DNA of 64,000 nt, taken from Myxococcota bacterium. Lineage in GTDB: Bacteria > Myxococcota_A > Polyangia > Nannocystales > Nannocystaceae. Shown here piece by piece: positions 28,072 through 36,969 of the stretch (position 1 is its first letter; each line of letters opens with the position of its first letter). Location of the stretch: NCBI GenBank assembly GCA_039028615.1, contig JBCCHT010000020.1:64001-128000 (forward strand), in the 5' to 3' direction. The position numbers and the translations under genes are program-made. The notes beneath the pieces are model-generated. The model had not been told where the DNA came from. It made no database searches and saw only the letters and a list, made by a program, of their open reading frames with translations.

Positions 28072-29286
28072 CTAGGGGCTGGCGAACACCCGGTCGGCGG
28101 TGACCAGGTCGACGGACGAAGGCTGGCGACTCCACGGCAAGTTCGGGAAACCGCTGAGGTCGGGCGCCATCACGCGGAACTGTTGCTCGTAGCCACAGCC
28201 GTCCATCGTGAAGTCGCTGCCGTCGAGGCGCACCAACACCACCCCGCTGGGCTCGTCTCGCCACGCCTGCTCGATGACCGCCTGCTTCGAGCACATCGCG
28301 GGATCCCACGCATCCACGATCTTCATGCGGGCGAGGCCGGGCTCGGGCTGACGGTGATAGACCTTCACTTTCGGTACCCGCACGACCAACGACGAGCCCG
28401 CCACCACGGCGACCTCGAGCGTGGGCGGCTTGGCGCCGCAGCTGGCGAACACGGGGGGATCACCAGGCACCGGGTTCGGCTTGGGAAACGACCACCCGCC
28501 ACAGGCCTCCCGCGGGGCTTCCAGGTCCCGCACGCGATCGACATGGACCGGCAACGCGACCAAGGGGCGCCAGCGACCGGCCAAGTGCTTGCGCGCCTCG
28601 GCGACGCGGGCGTCGATGGTGCGGCGGAAGGCCTGGCAGGTCTTCTTGGAGTCCACGGACTCGAGCTCGGACCCCGTCCACAGGCGCAGCTTTGCTTGCT
28701 CGACACCCGCCCGATCGAGCACGACCAGGTCGTGGTCGAGGGCCCAGTCGTCCGCGTTGGCCGGACCCACGAACGTGGACAACGCGACGCCCGTGCCGTC
28801 GGCTCGCACCGCGGGCAGACCGGGCAGCGCGATCGCCTGGAGCTTGCATCGCACACCCGGCGGTAGGTCCACGTCGACGGTGGCCAGCGAGACCGAAAGC
28901 GGCGTGCCCGGGGCCGACGTGGGCACGACCGGAGGGGGTGCGACCGCGCCGTCCATGGCTGGAGCCGGAGGCTCGGGCTTCGCGGCGGGCTCGTCGTGCG
29001 GGATCTTCTGCGCGACCACGTCGGGGCTGTCGCCCGCGGCCGGAGGATCTGCGTCCGCCGCCGGGGACGCTGCGGCCCCCGACTCGCTCTGAGGCCGCGC
29101 GGGGGGCTCCGAGTTCCGCTGCTTCGCGCCCGCCTCAGCCCCCGCCTTCGGGCCCGCGGCGGCGCCCGATTGCCCCGCGGACGGCTCCGTTCGCGCCGAA
29201 CTCCCGTCGGACGGGCCTCCCCCACAACCAGCGGCAAGCCCCAGTGCGAGGATCGCGGCAGGGCGCGAGGCGAATCTCCGGGACAC
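28072..29286 (-). CDS. Hypothetical lipoprotein
   Basis: GTG 29286, lipobox LAAGC, Ala/Pro linker, then a globular region with paired Cys. Confidence 0.65.
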   Translation of the reverse strand: MSRRFASRPAAILALGLAAGCGGGPSDGSSARTEPSAGQSGAAAGPKAGAEAGAKQRNSEPPARPQSESGAAASPAADADPPAAGDSPDVVAQKIPHDEPAAKPEPPAPAMDGAVAPPPVVPTSAPGTPLSVSLATVDVDLPPGVRCKLQAIALPGLPAVRADGTGVALSTFVGPANADDWALDHDLVVLDRAGVEQAKLRLWTGSELESVDSKKTCQAFRRTIDARVAEARKHLAGRWRPLVALPVHVDRVRDLEAPREACGGWSFPKPNPVPGDPPVFASCGAKPPTLEVAVVAGSSLVVRVPKVKVYHRQPEPGLARMKIVDAWDPAMCSKQAVIEQAWRDEPSGVVLVRLDGSDFTMDGCGYEQQFRVMAPDLSGFPNLPWSRQPSSVDLVTADRVFASP

Positions 29287-29407
29287 GAGCACGCCCGGAT
29301 CGTACGCTTCTCGGGCGACTGCGCGAGCATCGCGTTTCCGCACACTGGAATAGCTGTGCGCCGCCCGCAGTCCACACCGATGAAGCCACGCCTTCGTTAG
29401 GACCGTC

Positions 29408-30007
29408 ATGCAAGATCGACTCATGGTGAACCCCCCCAGACAGTCCCTGTTCGCTGCTCTACGCGGATCCATGGTGCTCATGGGCGGGCTTCTCGCGATC
29501 TTGTGGGGCCTGGAGGCCTTCGACACCTTCGTCATGCGCGGCAGCCTCGACGCGTTCGGCATCGCACCCCGAACGACCTCGGGGCTGTTTGGCGTGTTGG
29601 CCGCCCCCTTCCTGCACGGCGACTGGGGCCACCTCAGCAGCAACACCGTCGGCCTGCTCATCCTGGGCGGCCTGACCATGGCCATCGGTCGCCGCGAGTT
29701 CATCGTCGTCGGCTTGGCCGGCCTGCTCGTCGGTGGTCTCGGCACCTGGGTCTTCGGTCGCCCCGCCATGCACATCGGCGCGAGCGGAGTCGTCTTCGCC
29801 TACCTCGGCTACTTGGTGTTGCGCGGCTGGTACGACCGCAGCCTCGGCTCCGTGCTCCTGGCGGGCGGCGTCGCGTGGGTCTACGGCAGCATGATCTTCG
29901 GCATGCTCCCCGGCTTCGCCCCCGCGTTCATCTCCTGGGAGTGCCACTTGTTCGGCTTCATCGGTGGTGTGCTGGCCGCTCGCCTCCTGCACCAGCGCAG
30001 CCGCTAG
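29408..30007 (+). CDS. Rhomboid family intramembrane serine protease
   Basis: PFLHGDWGHLSSN, IGASG (catalytic Ser), WECHLFG (catalytic His). Confidence 0.92.
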   Translation: MQDRLMVNPPRQSLFAALRGSMVLMGGLLAILWGLEAFDTFVMRGSLDAFGIAPRTTSGLFGVLAAPFLHGDWGHLSSNTVGLLILGGLTMAIGRREFIVVGLAGLLVGGLGTWVFGRPAMHIGASGVVFAYLGYLVLRGWYDRSLGSVLLAGGVAWVYGSMIFGMLPGFAPAFISWECHLFGFIGGVLAARLLHQRSR

Positions 30008-30033
30008 TCGACACGCTTCGCCCACGTCATCGA

Positions 30034-30073
30034 GGCGGTTTCCCGGATCCGGGGAGCCGCCTCGTTTCGTTTC
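30034..30073 (+). terminator. Intrinsic terminator after the rhomboid gene
   Basis: GGCGGTTTCCCG-gatc-CGGGGAGCCGCC stem (with G-U pairs) followed by TCGTTTCGTTTC. Confidence 0.55.
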
Positions 30074-30197
30074 AGCGCCGCGAAACGACTCGGAGGCACG
30101 CGCTCGATCCCCTGAAAGGAGACCTCGCTCGGGAAGGAACACCCAATGAAATCATCGATTTCGTCGGCTTCGGGACGCGGACTGCTAGCCTCCCGCC

Positions 30198-31121
30198 GTG
30201 GCGCTGCGCGCATGGATTCAGGCTTCTCGACCGTTGGCTCAGGCCAACATCGCGGTGCCCCTGTTGCTCGGCGCCATGCTGGCCACCGCCCTCGGCGGAC
30301 CGCTCGACCTGACCCTGCTGGGGGTCGCGCTCGGCTTCGGGGTGCTCGATCAACTCTTCATCGTGTGGTCGAACGACGTCGCCGATGAGCAGGCAGATCG
30401 CAGCAACGAACACCCCACGATGCTCTCGGGCGGCTCTCGGGTCCTGACCGAAGGCAAGCTCGAGCGGCGCCAGCTCGCCCGCGCCGCGGCGGGGGCTGCG
30501 GTGCTCATGCTGGGGCTGTGCGTGGCCGCGGCGATCTGGCTCGACCGCCCGGCCATGCCCATCGCGTGGGCGCTGGCGGTGCTGCTGGCGTGGGCCTACA
30601 GCTTCCCGCCCGCGCGCCTATCCTACCGAGGCTACGGCGCCATCGCCCAGGCGCTCGGGGTGATGGTGGTCTTGCCGCTGATTGGCTTTTATCTCCAAGT
30701 CGGCGATGTTCAGAAGTTCCCGTGGCCCGCCCTCGTGCCCTGCCTCGCGCTGGGCCTGGCGGGCAACATCACCACCGCGCTGCCCGACCACGAGGCGGAC
30801 GAGGCGACGGGCAAGTCGACCTGGCCCGTGCGCTACGGGGCCGAGCGGGCCCGCAAACACAGCCTGCAGCTCATCGGCCTGGGTGCCGTCTGTGCTCCGC
30901 TGGTGCTCCCCGATCTTCCCCAGATGGGCTGGGCGCTGGTCGAGGCCGGCCCGCTGCTGTTGTTGGCGCTGAACCTGCGGCTCCAATCCGCGGCCAATGC
31001 CGGGGACCGCAAAGCGATCCTGCGCTTTTCCATCGTCAACGGGGCCGCGATCAACCTCGCGCTCACGGGGTGGATCATCGCGCTGGCCCTGCGACCGCCG
31101 CTCGGCTGGGCGTTCTATTAG
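30198..31121 (+). CDS. UbiA-family prenyltransferase (MenA-like)
   Basis: WIQASRP; NDVADEQAD; SGGSRVL; AYSFPPARLSYRG; PDHEADEATGKST; multiple TMs. Confidence 0.85.
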   Translation: MALRAWIQASRPLAQANIAVPLLLGAMLATALGGPLDLTLLGVALGFGVLDQLFIVWSNDVADEQADRSNEHPTMLSGGSRVLTEGKLERRQLARAAAGAAVLMLGLCVAAAIWLDRPAMPIAWALAVLLAWAYSFPPARLSYRGYGAIAQALGVMVVLPLIGFYLQVGDVQKFPWPALVPCLALGLAGNITTALPDHEADEATGKSTWPVRYGAERARKHSLQLIGLGAVCAPLVLPDLPQMGWALVEAGPLLLLALNLRLQSAANAGDRKAILRFSIVNGAAINLALTGWIIALALRPPLGWAFY

Positions 31122-32107
31122 GTGAGCACCAGCCAGCGCGCGAGGACCCCGAGCGCCACCAAGCCCACGCCGATCGCCACCAGTCGCCCCATCCGCGAGC
31201 CACCGCGCACGTCGGACATGTCGTGGGCCCGGTCGTCGTCTTCGTCCACGGCGGCCGCGAACGCTCCGGCGGCGGCCTCGGCTTCGGCGTCGGCCTTCGC
31301 TCGTTCGGCCGCAGCGGCCTCCGCCGCCCGCTGTTCTTCCACACGCTGCTCGGCCCGTCGCTTGGCCGCGACCTTTTGCTCCTCGCGCTCCACCGCCTGC
31401 TGCTCGAGGTCGCCGATCGCCTCCCAGATCCAGTCTTGCCAGTTGTCGGCGGGATGCACCCGCGCCATCAGGCTCCGCAGTGCCTGCCGCACGTCGGCAA
31501 AGCGCTGAGCGTCGCCACGAATCTCGGCCCACGCCTGCGGGTCATCGCTGAGCGGCTTGCCCTGGGGTCGCTGCATCGGGGGAGCGTCCGCGCCCGGCAG
31601 ACCCACCACGAAGTGATCCAGCCGCCTCCAGGCCCGACAGGTCTGCGCGACGAGCTTGGAGACCGAGGTGCCCCGCACGGTGACCAGCTCCGACCAAGGG
31701 AACCCGAGCACCGAGCGCTGCACCAACCCCGCGCGCCCGATCGGCCGCAGCTGGAGCATCGCCTTGGCCACGCGAGGCTCGAGCCTGCCCTGCAGCTCGA
31801 CGCCGTGCAGCGCGGGGCCTCCCCCGGCTCGCCCTCGCGCGATGCACCGATTGAAGGTCATCGCGTGCAGCCGCGCCCGCTCGCCCATGCTCTCGTCGTG
31901 GGCCCCGAGCTCGTGCACATGGGCGAAGATCACGGGCACCAGCTCGTCGGCTTCGTCCCGGCCCAGCACGGCGACACAGTGGCGGTACATCGCGGCCCCG
32001 TGCGCATCCATGAGCCGCACGAGCTGTTCCCGCGGCAGCGGCGAGACGGCCTCGGCTCCCGCGTCGGCCTCGGCTTCGGGCACGGGCTCGTCCGGGTTGG
32101 CGCTCAT
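31118..32107 (-). CDS. Divergent ECF sigma-like protein with C-terminal extension and TM anchor
   Basis: Region 2-like LMDAHGAAMYRHCVAVLGRDEADEL; region 4-like LQLRPIGRAGLVQRSVLGFPWSEL...RAWRRL; coiled coil; C-terminal TM. Confidence 0.6.
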   Translation of the reverse strand: MSANPDEPVPEAEADAGAEAVSPLPREQLVRLMDAHGAAMYRHCVAVLGRDEADELVPVIFAHVHELGAHDESMGERARLHAMTFNRCIARGRAGGGPALHGVELQGRLEPRVAKAMLQLRPIGRAGLVQRSVLGFPWSELVTVRGTSVSKLVAQTCRAWRRLDHFVVGLPGADAPPMQRPQGKPLSDDPQAWAEIRGDAQRFADVRQALRSLMARVHPADNWQDWIWEAIGDLEQQAVEREEQKVAAKRRAEQRVEEQRAAEAAAAERAKADAEAEAAAGAFAAAVDEDDDRAHDMSDVRGGSRMGRLVAIGVGLVALGVLARWLVLT

Positions 32108-32123
32108 GCGCCGGAGTCTACTC

Positions 32124-33101
32124 TCAGAAGCGCCCCGCCACGCTGATGCCGGAGAAGGTCCGCGTGATGACGGGTTGGGCCCGAATTCGCGAGACCAAGG
32201 ACTGATGGTCGCGGGTGTATCGACGGTAGCCCGTGCCGTAGGCGCCCAGGACCAAGCCGGCCGTGACGGCACCGAGGCTCGCGTAAGCCCCCGTCTCGAG
32301 GGTCGCAACGGAGCAGGTGTCGGTTTGACAGCCGAGGTAGCCGACGAAGCGGGTGATGATCCACAGCCCCGCGCCTCCGCCCACCAGGCCCCAGCCCAGC
32401 CTCGGCTTGACGGGGACGAACGAGGGGCGAGCCTCTCCGGTCTCGAACATGTCGTGGTGCGCCTGCGAACGACCCCGCATGCCCATGCCCCCGCCGATCA
32501 TTCCTAACGAGATCACGAAGGCCGGATTGGCCGTGACCCCACCCGTGAGCAACCAGAACTGAGGCCCGAGGAAGGAATTGCCCACCTCGCCGATGGCAAT
32601 CGCGGACACGTAGCCGCGATAGATGAGGGTCCCGGCCCCGATCACGCCACCGACGGCGAGCAACGCGGTGCCCTTGTACTTGGGTGCGGGATAGGTCTTG
32701 GGGGCGTCGGTATCGATGGGGCTGAGCTCGACCACGGGAAGCGGCTCGGCGACGGCGTCGGACATCAACGGGGCCGTACCGGGACCGGCGGGTGGGGGCA
32801 TGACCGCGGGTGCGGGCTCGACCGCGACGGCGGGCACGGACTCGGGCTGAGGCGGCGCGGCCTCGGCGGTGGGCTCGGGTAGAGCGGCACTGTCCGGCGG
32901 CACGACGGGCTCGGGCTCCGCGGGTTCGGCGGGCGGCGCTGGCACCATGGAATCGGGCCGCATCAGGGGAGGCGACTCGGGGGCGGGCGCGGCCGTCTGG
33001 GGGGCAACGACGCCGGGAGTCTCGGCGGGCAGGGCTGGCGCCGCAGCCTGAGCCACGAGCATTTGGCCCAGCAGGGCGAACATCGACGACGAAAGAGCCA
33101 T
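32124..33101 (-). CDS. Pro-rich secreted/membrane protein (paralog of 48946..49947)
   Basis: Signal peptide, Pro/Ala linker, four Gly-rich hydrophobic helices, C-terminal GISVAGRF. Confidence 0.75.
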   Translation of the reverse strand: MALSSSMFALLGQMLVAQAAAPALPAETPGVVAPQTAAPAPESPPLMRPDSMVPAPPAEPAEPEPVVPPDSAALPEPTAEAAPPQPESVPAVAVEPAPAVMPPPAGPGTAPLMSDAVAEPLPVVELSPIDTDAPKTYPAPKYKGTALLAVGGVIGAGTLIYRGYVSAIAIGEVGNSFLGPQFWLLTGGVTANPAFVISLGMIGGGMGMRGRSQAHHDMFETGEARPSFVPVKPRLGWGLVGGGAGLWIITRFVGYLGCQTDTCSVATLETGAYASLGAVTAGLVLGAYGTGYRRYTRDHQSLVSRIRAQPVITRTFSGISVAGRF

Positions 33102-33181
33102 GAACCAAGCGCCTCTGTGCCCAGATAGTGCCCCGACCCGCCCATTCGATCATGGGCGCACTGCGTTTATGATCCCCGCTC

Positions 33182-34048
33182 GTGTCCGCGATCTCCGCAA
33201 CGCTCCCCGAGGCGCGCCCCTGCCCCGCCTGTGACTCGTCGCGCTCGCAGTGGGCGTTCGTGGTCGATGGCTTTCCCCATGTGCAGTGCCAGGAGTGCGG
33301 CTCGGTGTTCGTCTCGCCGCTGCCCACCGAGGAGGTCGTGCAGGCGACGTACCTCGACCCCGACTATCACGGCGAGATCGCGGGCTCGGTAGAGCGCATG
33401 CGCGACGAGGCCCGTGCTCGCGCCCGCGTGATGCAGGAGCGTGGCTGCACTCGCGTGCTGGAGATCGGCTGCGGTGCGGGATTCTTCGTGGAGGCGCTGC
33501 TGGAGCTGGGCATCGATGCGCAGGGCGTCGATCCGGGTCCGCAGGCCAAACAGGCGGCGGCGCGAGGACTGCCGATCCACCCGATCTGGCTGGAGCAACT
33601 GGAGCCCGACCGCCCCTTCGACGGCATCGCGATGTTCGAGCTGCTCGAGCACCTGCCCGATCCGGTCACCGCCCTGCAATGGTCGCAGCGCCACACGAGG
33701 CCGGGAGCGACGCTCGCGTTGTCCACGCCGAGCGCCTCGGGGCTGCCCGCCCGCATGTTGGGTCGGCGCTTTCCCATGTTCTGCCCGCCCAATCACCTGG
33801 AGCTGTTCACCCGACGCGGGCTCGAGCGGCTGCTGGCGCGCGGCGGCTTTCGGCCCTTCCGTTGGGACAGCTTCTCCAACCTCGACCACGCCGCGCTCAA
33901 GCGGGGTTTCCAGCGGTTCTTGCTCGGGAGATCCGGGCCCGCGGGCTGGGTTGCGGGGCACTTGGCCACGGCTGCGTCCGTTCCGACGCAGCTGGTCGAC
34001 AAAATGGGTCAGGGAACCTCGTTCGAGGTCTATGCCGAGCGCGAGTGA
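33182..34048 (+). CDS. Class I SAM-dependent methyltransferase with N-terminal Zn ribbon
   Basis: CPAC...CQECG; VLEIGCGAG; FELLEHLPDP; PPNHLELF. Confidence 0.88.
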   Translation: MSAISATLPEARPCPACDSSRSQWAFVVDGFPHVQCQECGSVFVSPLPTEEVVQATYLDPDYHGEIAGSVERMRDEARARARVMQERGCTRVLEIGCGAGFFVEALLELGIDAQGVDPGPQAKQAAARGLPIHPIWLEQLEPDRPFDGIAMFELLEHLPDPVTALQWSQRHTRPGATLALSTPSASGLPARMLGRRFPMFCPPNHLELFTRRGLERLLARGGFRPFRWDSFSNLDHAALKRGFQRFLLGRSGPAGWVAGHLATAASVPTQLVDKMGQGTSFEVYAERE

Positions 34049-34115
34049 GTCGCGGTCACCAACGCGGATTCGGTGCTGAACGAGTGCGCGACGTGGGGCT
34101 ACCATTGCGCCCACG

Positions 34116-35084
34116 GTGAGCAAGGGAAACGATCCAAAGCCCGGCGACACGATGCCGTCTGCGAGCCGCAGCGCGAACTACAGCACGTTGCAGCTGTTGT
34201 CGGCGACCAACCAGGGCATCCGTAGCCTGGCCGACGCGGCCGCCATCGCCAGCAACCCCGCGGTGGTGGCCGACTTCTTCGGAGCCACCGACGTCGGGAA
34301 GGTGCGCAAGGGCAACGAAGATCAGTTCCTCGTCGCGACGCTCGAGCGCTCGCTGTTCATCGAGGGCTCGAGCTTGCCGGCCGAGGCGGGCACCCGACTC
34401 ACCGACACGCCGCAGGGACGGCTGCTGATCGTCGCCGACGGCATGGGGGGTCACGGCGCGGGCGAGCTGGCCAGCGCGGTGGCGACCGATGCGATGGCCC
34501 ACTATGCCTTCGCCGCGATGCCGTGGGCGGTGGGCCGCGGTCGCTTGAGCAGCGAAGAGGTGGCGCAGGGCCTACGGGACGCGGTGACCAAGGCCCAGGC
34601 GAGGATCCGCCGGGTGGCGCAGCGCAAGCACGTCGACGATCGGCTCGGCACCACGCTGACCATGGCCTATCTGACCTGGCCCGACCTGCACTTGGTGCAC
34701 GTGGGCGACAGCCGGGCCTACCTGCTGCGCGACGGCACGCTGCATCGGCTGACCAAGGACCACACGCTCGCGCAGCAGCTGGTCGATGGCCAAGCGATGA
34801 CCCCCGACGAAGCGGCACGCTCTCGGCTCTCGCACGTGCTGGTCAATGCGGTCGGAGGCGGCAGCGACGAACTCAACGTGGAGCTTCACCGCGTGAAGCT
34901 CAAGCTCGAAGACCAGCTGCTGATGTGCACCGACGGCCTGTACGACATGGTCTCGGAGAAGATGATCGCGGCCCACCTCGAGGACCACTCGATCCCGGTC
35001 GACAAGGTCGTGCACGGCCTCATCCGCGCCGCCAACCAGGCCGGCGGACGAGACAACGTCACCGTCGTCCTCGCCCGGTTCTAA
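34116..35084 (+). CDS. PP2C-type Ser/Thr protein phosphatase
   Basis: TDVGKVRKGNED; VADGMGGH; GTT; HVGDSRAY; LTKDH; CTDGL; GGRDNVT. Confidence 0.95.
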   Translation: MSKGNDPKPGDTMPSASRSANYSTLQLLSATNQGIRSLADAAAIASNPAVVADFFGATDVGKVRKGNEDQFLVATLERSLFIEGSSLPAEAGTRLTDTPQGRLLIVADGMGGHGAGELASAVATDAMAHYAFAAMPWAVGRGRLSSEEVAQGLRDAVTKAQARIRRVAQRKHVDDRLGTTLTMAYLTWPDLHLVHVGDSRAYLLRDGTLHRLTKDHTLAQQLVDGQAMTPDEAARSRLSHVLVNAVGGGSDELNVELHRVKLKLEDQLLMCTDGLYDMVSEKMIAAHLEDHSIPVDKVVHGLIRAANQAGGRDNVTVVLARF

Positions 35085-35320
35085 ACCTCGAACCCGAGTG
35101 CGGGGGTCGACCGTCGGCCGATAAAGTCGGCAGGCACGGGGCGGACGAGCTCCCGACTCGTCCGCACCCGGCCGCCGCGCCGTTCCTCTTGCGTGGACTG
35201 CCCGGCGAGTTTCCCGACTACGCTGGCTGGTCCACGTCCTCCTCGATCGGATCTTCGTTCCCTCGTGCCGTCATCCCTTGCTGGGTCCCGACCACCACAA
35301 TCGGGGGTCCCGGGATTTGT

Positions 35321-35483
35321 CGCGGCACTAACGGGGCGGGCTGACCTCTCGATGTTTTCTACGTTACACCAAATTTGGCAGGCAATCACGGACCAGTTGG
35401 GTTTGGGATCCTAGAGTCACGCCCCAGAGGCGGCCGGCACCCCAAGGGACCCCCGACACGCGCGAAAGCGCGCTGAACTTTTA
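35321..35483. ncRNA. Candidate structured RNA (long rod hairpin plus GAAA-loop hairpin)
   Basis: TCGGGGGTCCC (35321-35331) pairs with GGGACCCCCGA (35446-35456); internal GGGGCG/CGCCCC and TGAC/GTCA pairing; then CGCGC-GAAA-GCGCG and a T run. Family unassigned. Confidence 0.3.
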
Positions 35484-35532
35484 GTAGGACAGAGTAGGAA
35501 ATCTCCATTCATACCGGTGTCTGTAGGTGCGT

Positions 35533-36876
35533 ATGGGCGGGGCACCGATGATGAATGCACAGGTGGGAGGCCATCCGGCGAGCCCGGGGTCGAGCTACGC
35601 GGCTTCTGGAGCGCAGTGGATGGCCCATGGGCGCCCCGATCAGGCGGTTCACCTGTTTCGCGCCGCGCTGGATCTCGAGCCGAGCAACGTTCGCTTCCGC
35701 ATGATGCTGGCCGACTGCCTCGTGCGCTGTGCCCAGCTGCCGGCCGCCGCCCGCGAATATCTGGAGGTCGCGCGCGACTACGCCGCGCGACGTCGCGACG
35801 GCGAGCTGAGCGCGATTTGCTACCGCGTGCTTCAGCTCGACCCCAGCCAATTCGTCTACATGGCGGTCGCCGAGATGCTGCGTCGCATGGGGCGCCGGGC
35901 CCGCCCGCTCTGTGCGGCCGCGGCCGAGGCCCATCTCGCCGCCGGCCGGGTCAACGACGGGCTGCACATGCTGCGCCTCGGCGCCGAGCTCGATGCCCAC
36001 AACCCCGAGCCTCGCCGTCGCCTCGCGCAGATCTATCTGTCGCAGCACATGGTCTCGGATGCAGTGGCCCAGCTGGTCGAGGCGGGGCGCCTGCTGCTGG
36101 CGGCGGGCAACAATGCCGAGTACGTCGAGGTCGCCACCCAGGTGCTGCAGCTCGACCCGCGACACCTGGATACGCTTCGCGAGCTACCCCGCGTGTACCT
36201 GCGGGTCGGCGAGCCCCAGCAGGCGGTGGTGGTCCTGTCGTCGCTGATGCGGGTGAGCCCGGGAGACACCGCCGGCTACGAAGCCCTCGCGCATGCGTTC
36301 GCGGCGATCGGTCGGGTGCCGACCTCACTGTCCGTGCTGCGCCGACTCATCGGCGAGCTCGACCAGACCGGTCGTCGGGGACTCGCCGACGAGATCGTTG
36401 CCCGCGCCCGTCACTGGCGACTCGAAGATGCGTCCTTTGCCGAGAAGGTCGGCAGCCTTCGCCGCCCCGCCACGCCGCCGCTGCCACGACCGCCGCGACC
36501 GACCACCGCCGAGGGCACCGTCGTCCTCGACATTCGCGACCTGCTGCCCGGCGCCGACGACTCGGAAGAGATCTGCACGCTGGATTCCGCCGACCTCATC
36601 GAGCTCGAGGACGCCGAAGGCACCATGGTCCTGCGCCTGCACGATCTGTCGCATGTCGGCCCTGCCCCGACGCGGCCGCCCGCCGTGCCTCCCACCGACC
36701 CGGGCGCGACGCAGGCCCTCGACCTGACCGACCTCCACGACCTCACCACCATGGCCTACGACGAGGAATCGGGCGAGCTGGCGGCGGGCGACGATGGCGA
36801 GACGCTGCGAATGACCCAGTTGCCCGCAATCCCGCCGATTCGCCCCGCTCGCCGCGGAATGACGGCCCGGCACTAA
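35533..36876 (+). CDS. TPR-repeat protein with acidic low-complexity tail
   Basis: ALDLEPSNVRFRMMLAD, VLQLDP and LSSLMRVSPGD repeats; acidic C-terminus. Confidence 0.8.
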   Translation: MGGAPMMNAQVGGHPASPGSSYAASGAQWMAHGRPDQAVHLFRAALDLEPSNVRFRMMLADCLVRCAQLPAAAREYLEVARDYAARRRDGELSAICYRVLQLDPSQFVYMAVAEMLRRMGRRARPLCAAAAEAHLAAGRVNDGLHMLRLGAELDAHNPEPRRRLAQIYLSQHMVSDAVAQLVEAGRLLLAAGNNAEYVEVATQVLQLDPRHLDTLRELPRVYLRVGEPQQAVVVLSSLMRVSPGDTAGYEALAHAFAAIGRVPTSLSVLRRLIGELDQTGRRGLADEIVARARHWRLEDASFAEKVGSLRRPATPPLPRPPRPTTAEGTVVLDIRDLLPGADDSEEICTLDSADLIELEDAEGTMVLRLHDLSHVGPAPTRPPAVPPTDPGATQALDLTDLHDLTTMAYDEESGELAAGDDGETLRMTQLPAIPPIRPARRGMTARH

Positions 36877-36969
36877 AGGGATTGTCCCGACTCCGCGTGG
36901 GTTCAGGAACACACGCGCAGGCTTTGCTCGGAGGCGTTCCGCTGCAACAATGGCGTTCGCTGAGGTCGA

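Noticed and set aside
35321..35483. Calling the rod hairpin 6S or SRP RNA
   Set aside because: No SRP domain IV motif is visible and the usual 6S neighbours (zapA/ygfA) are absent; left unassigned.
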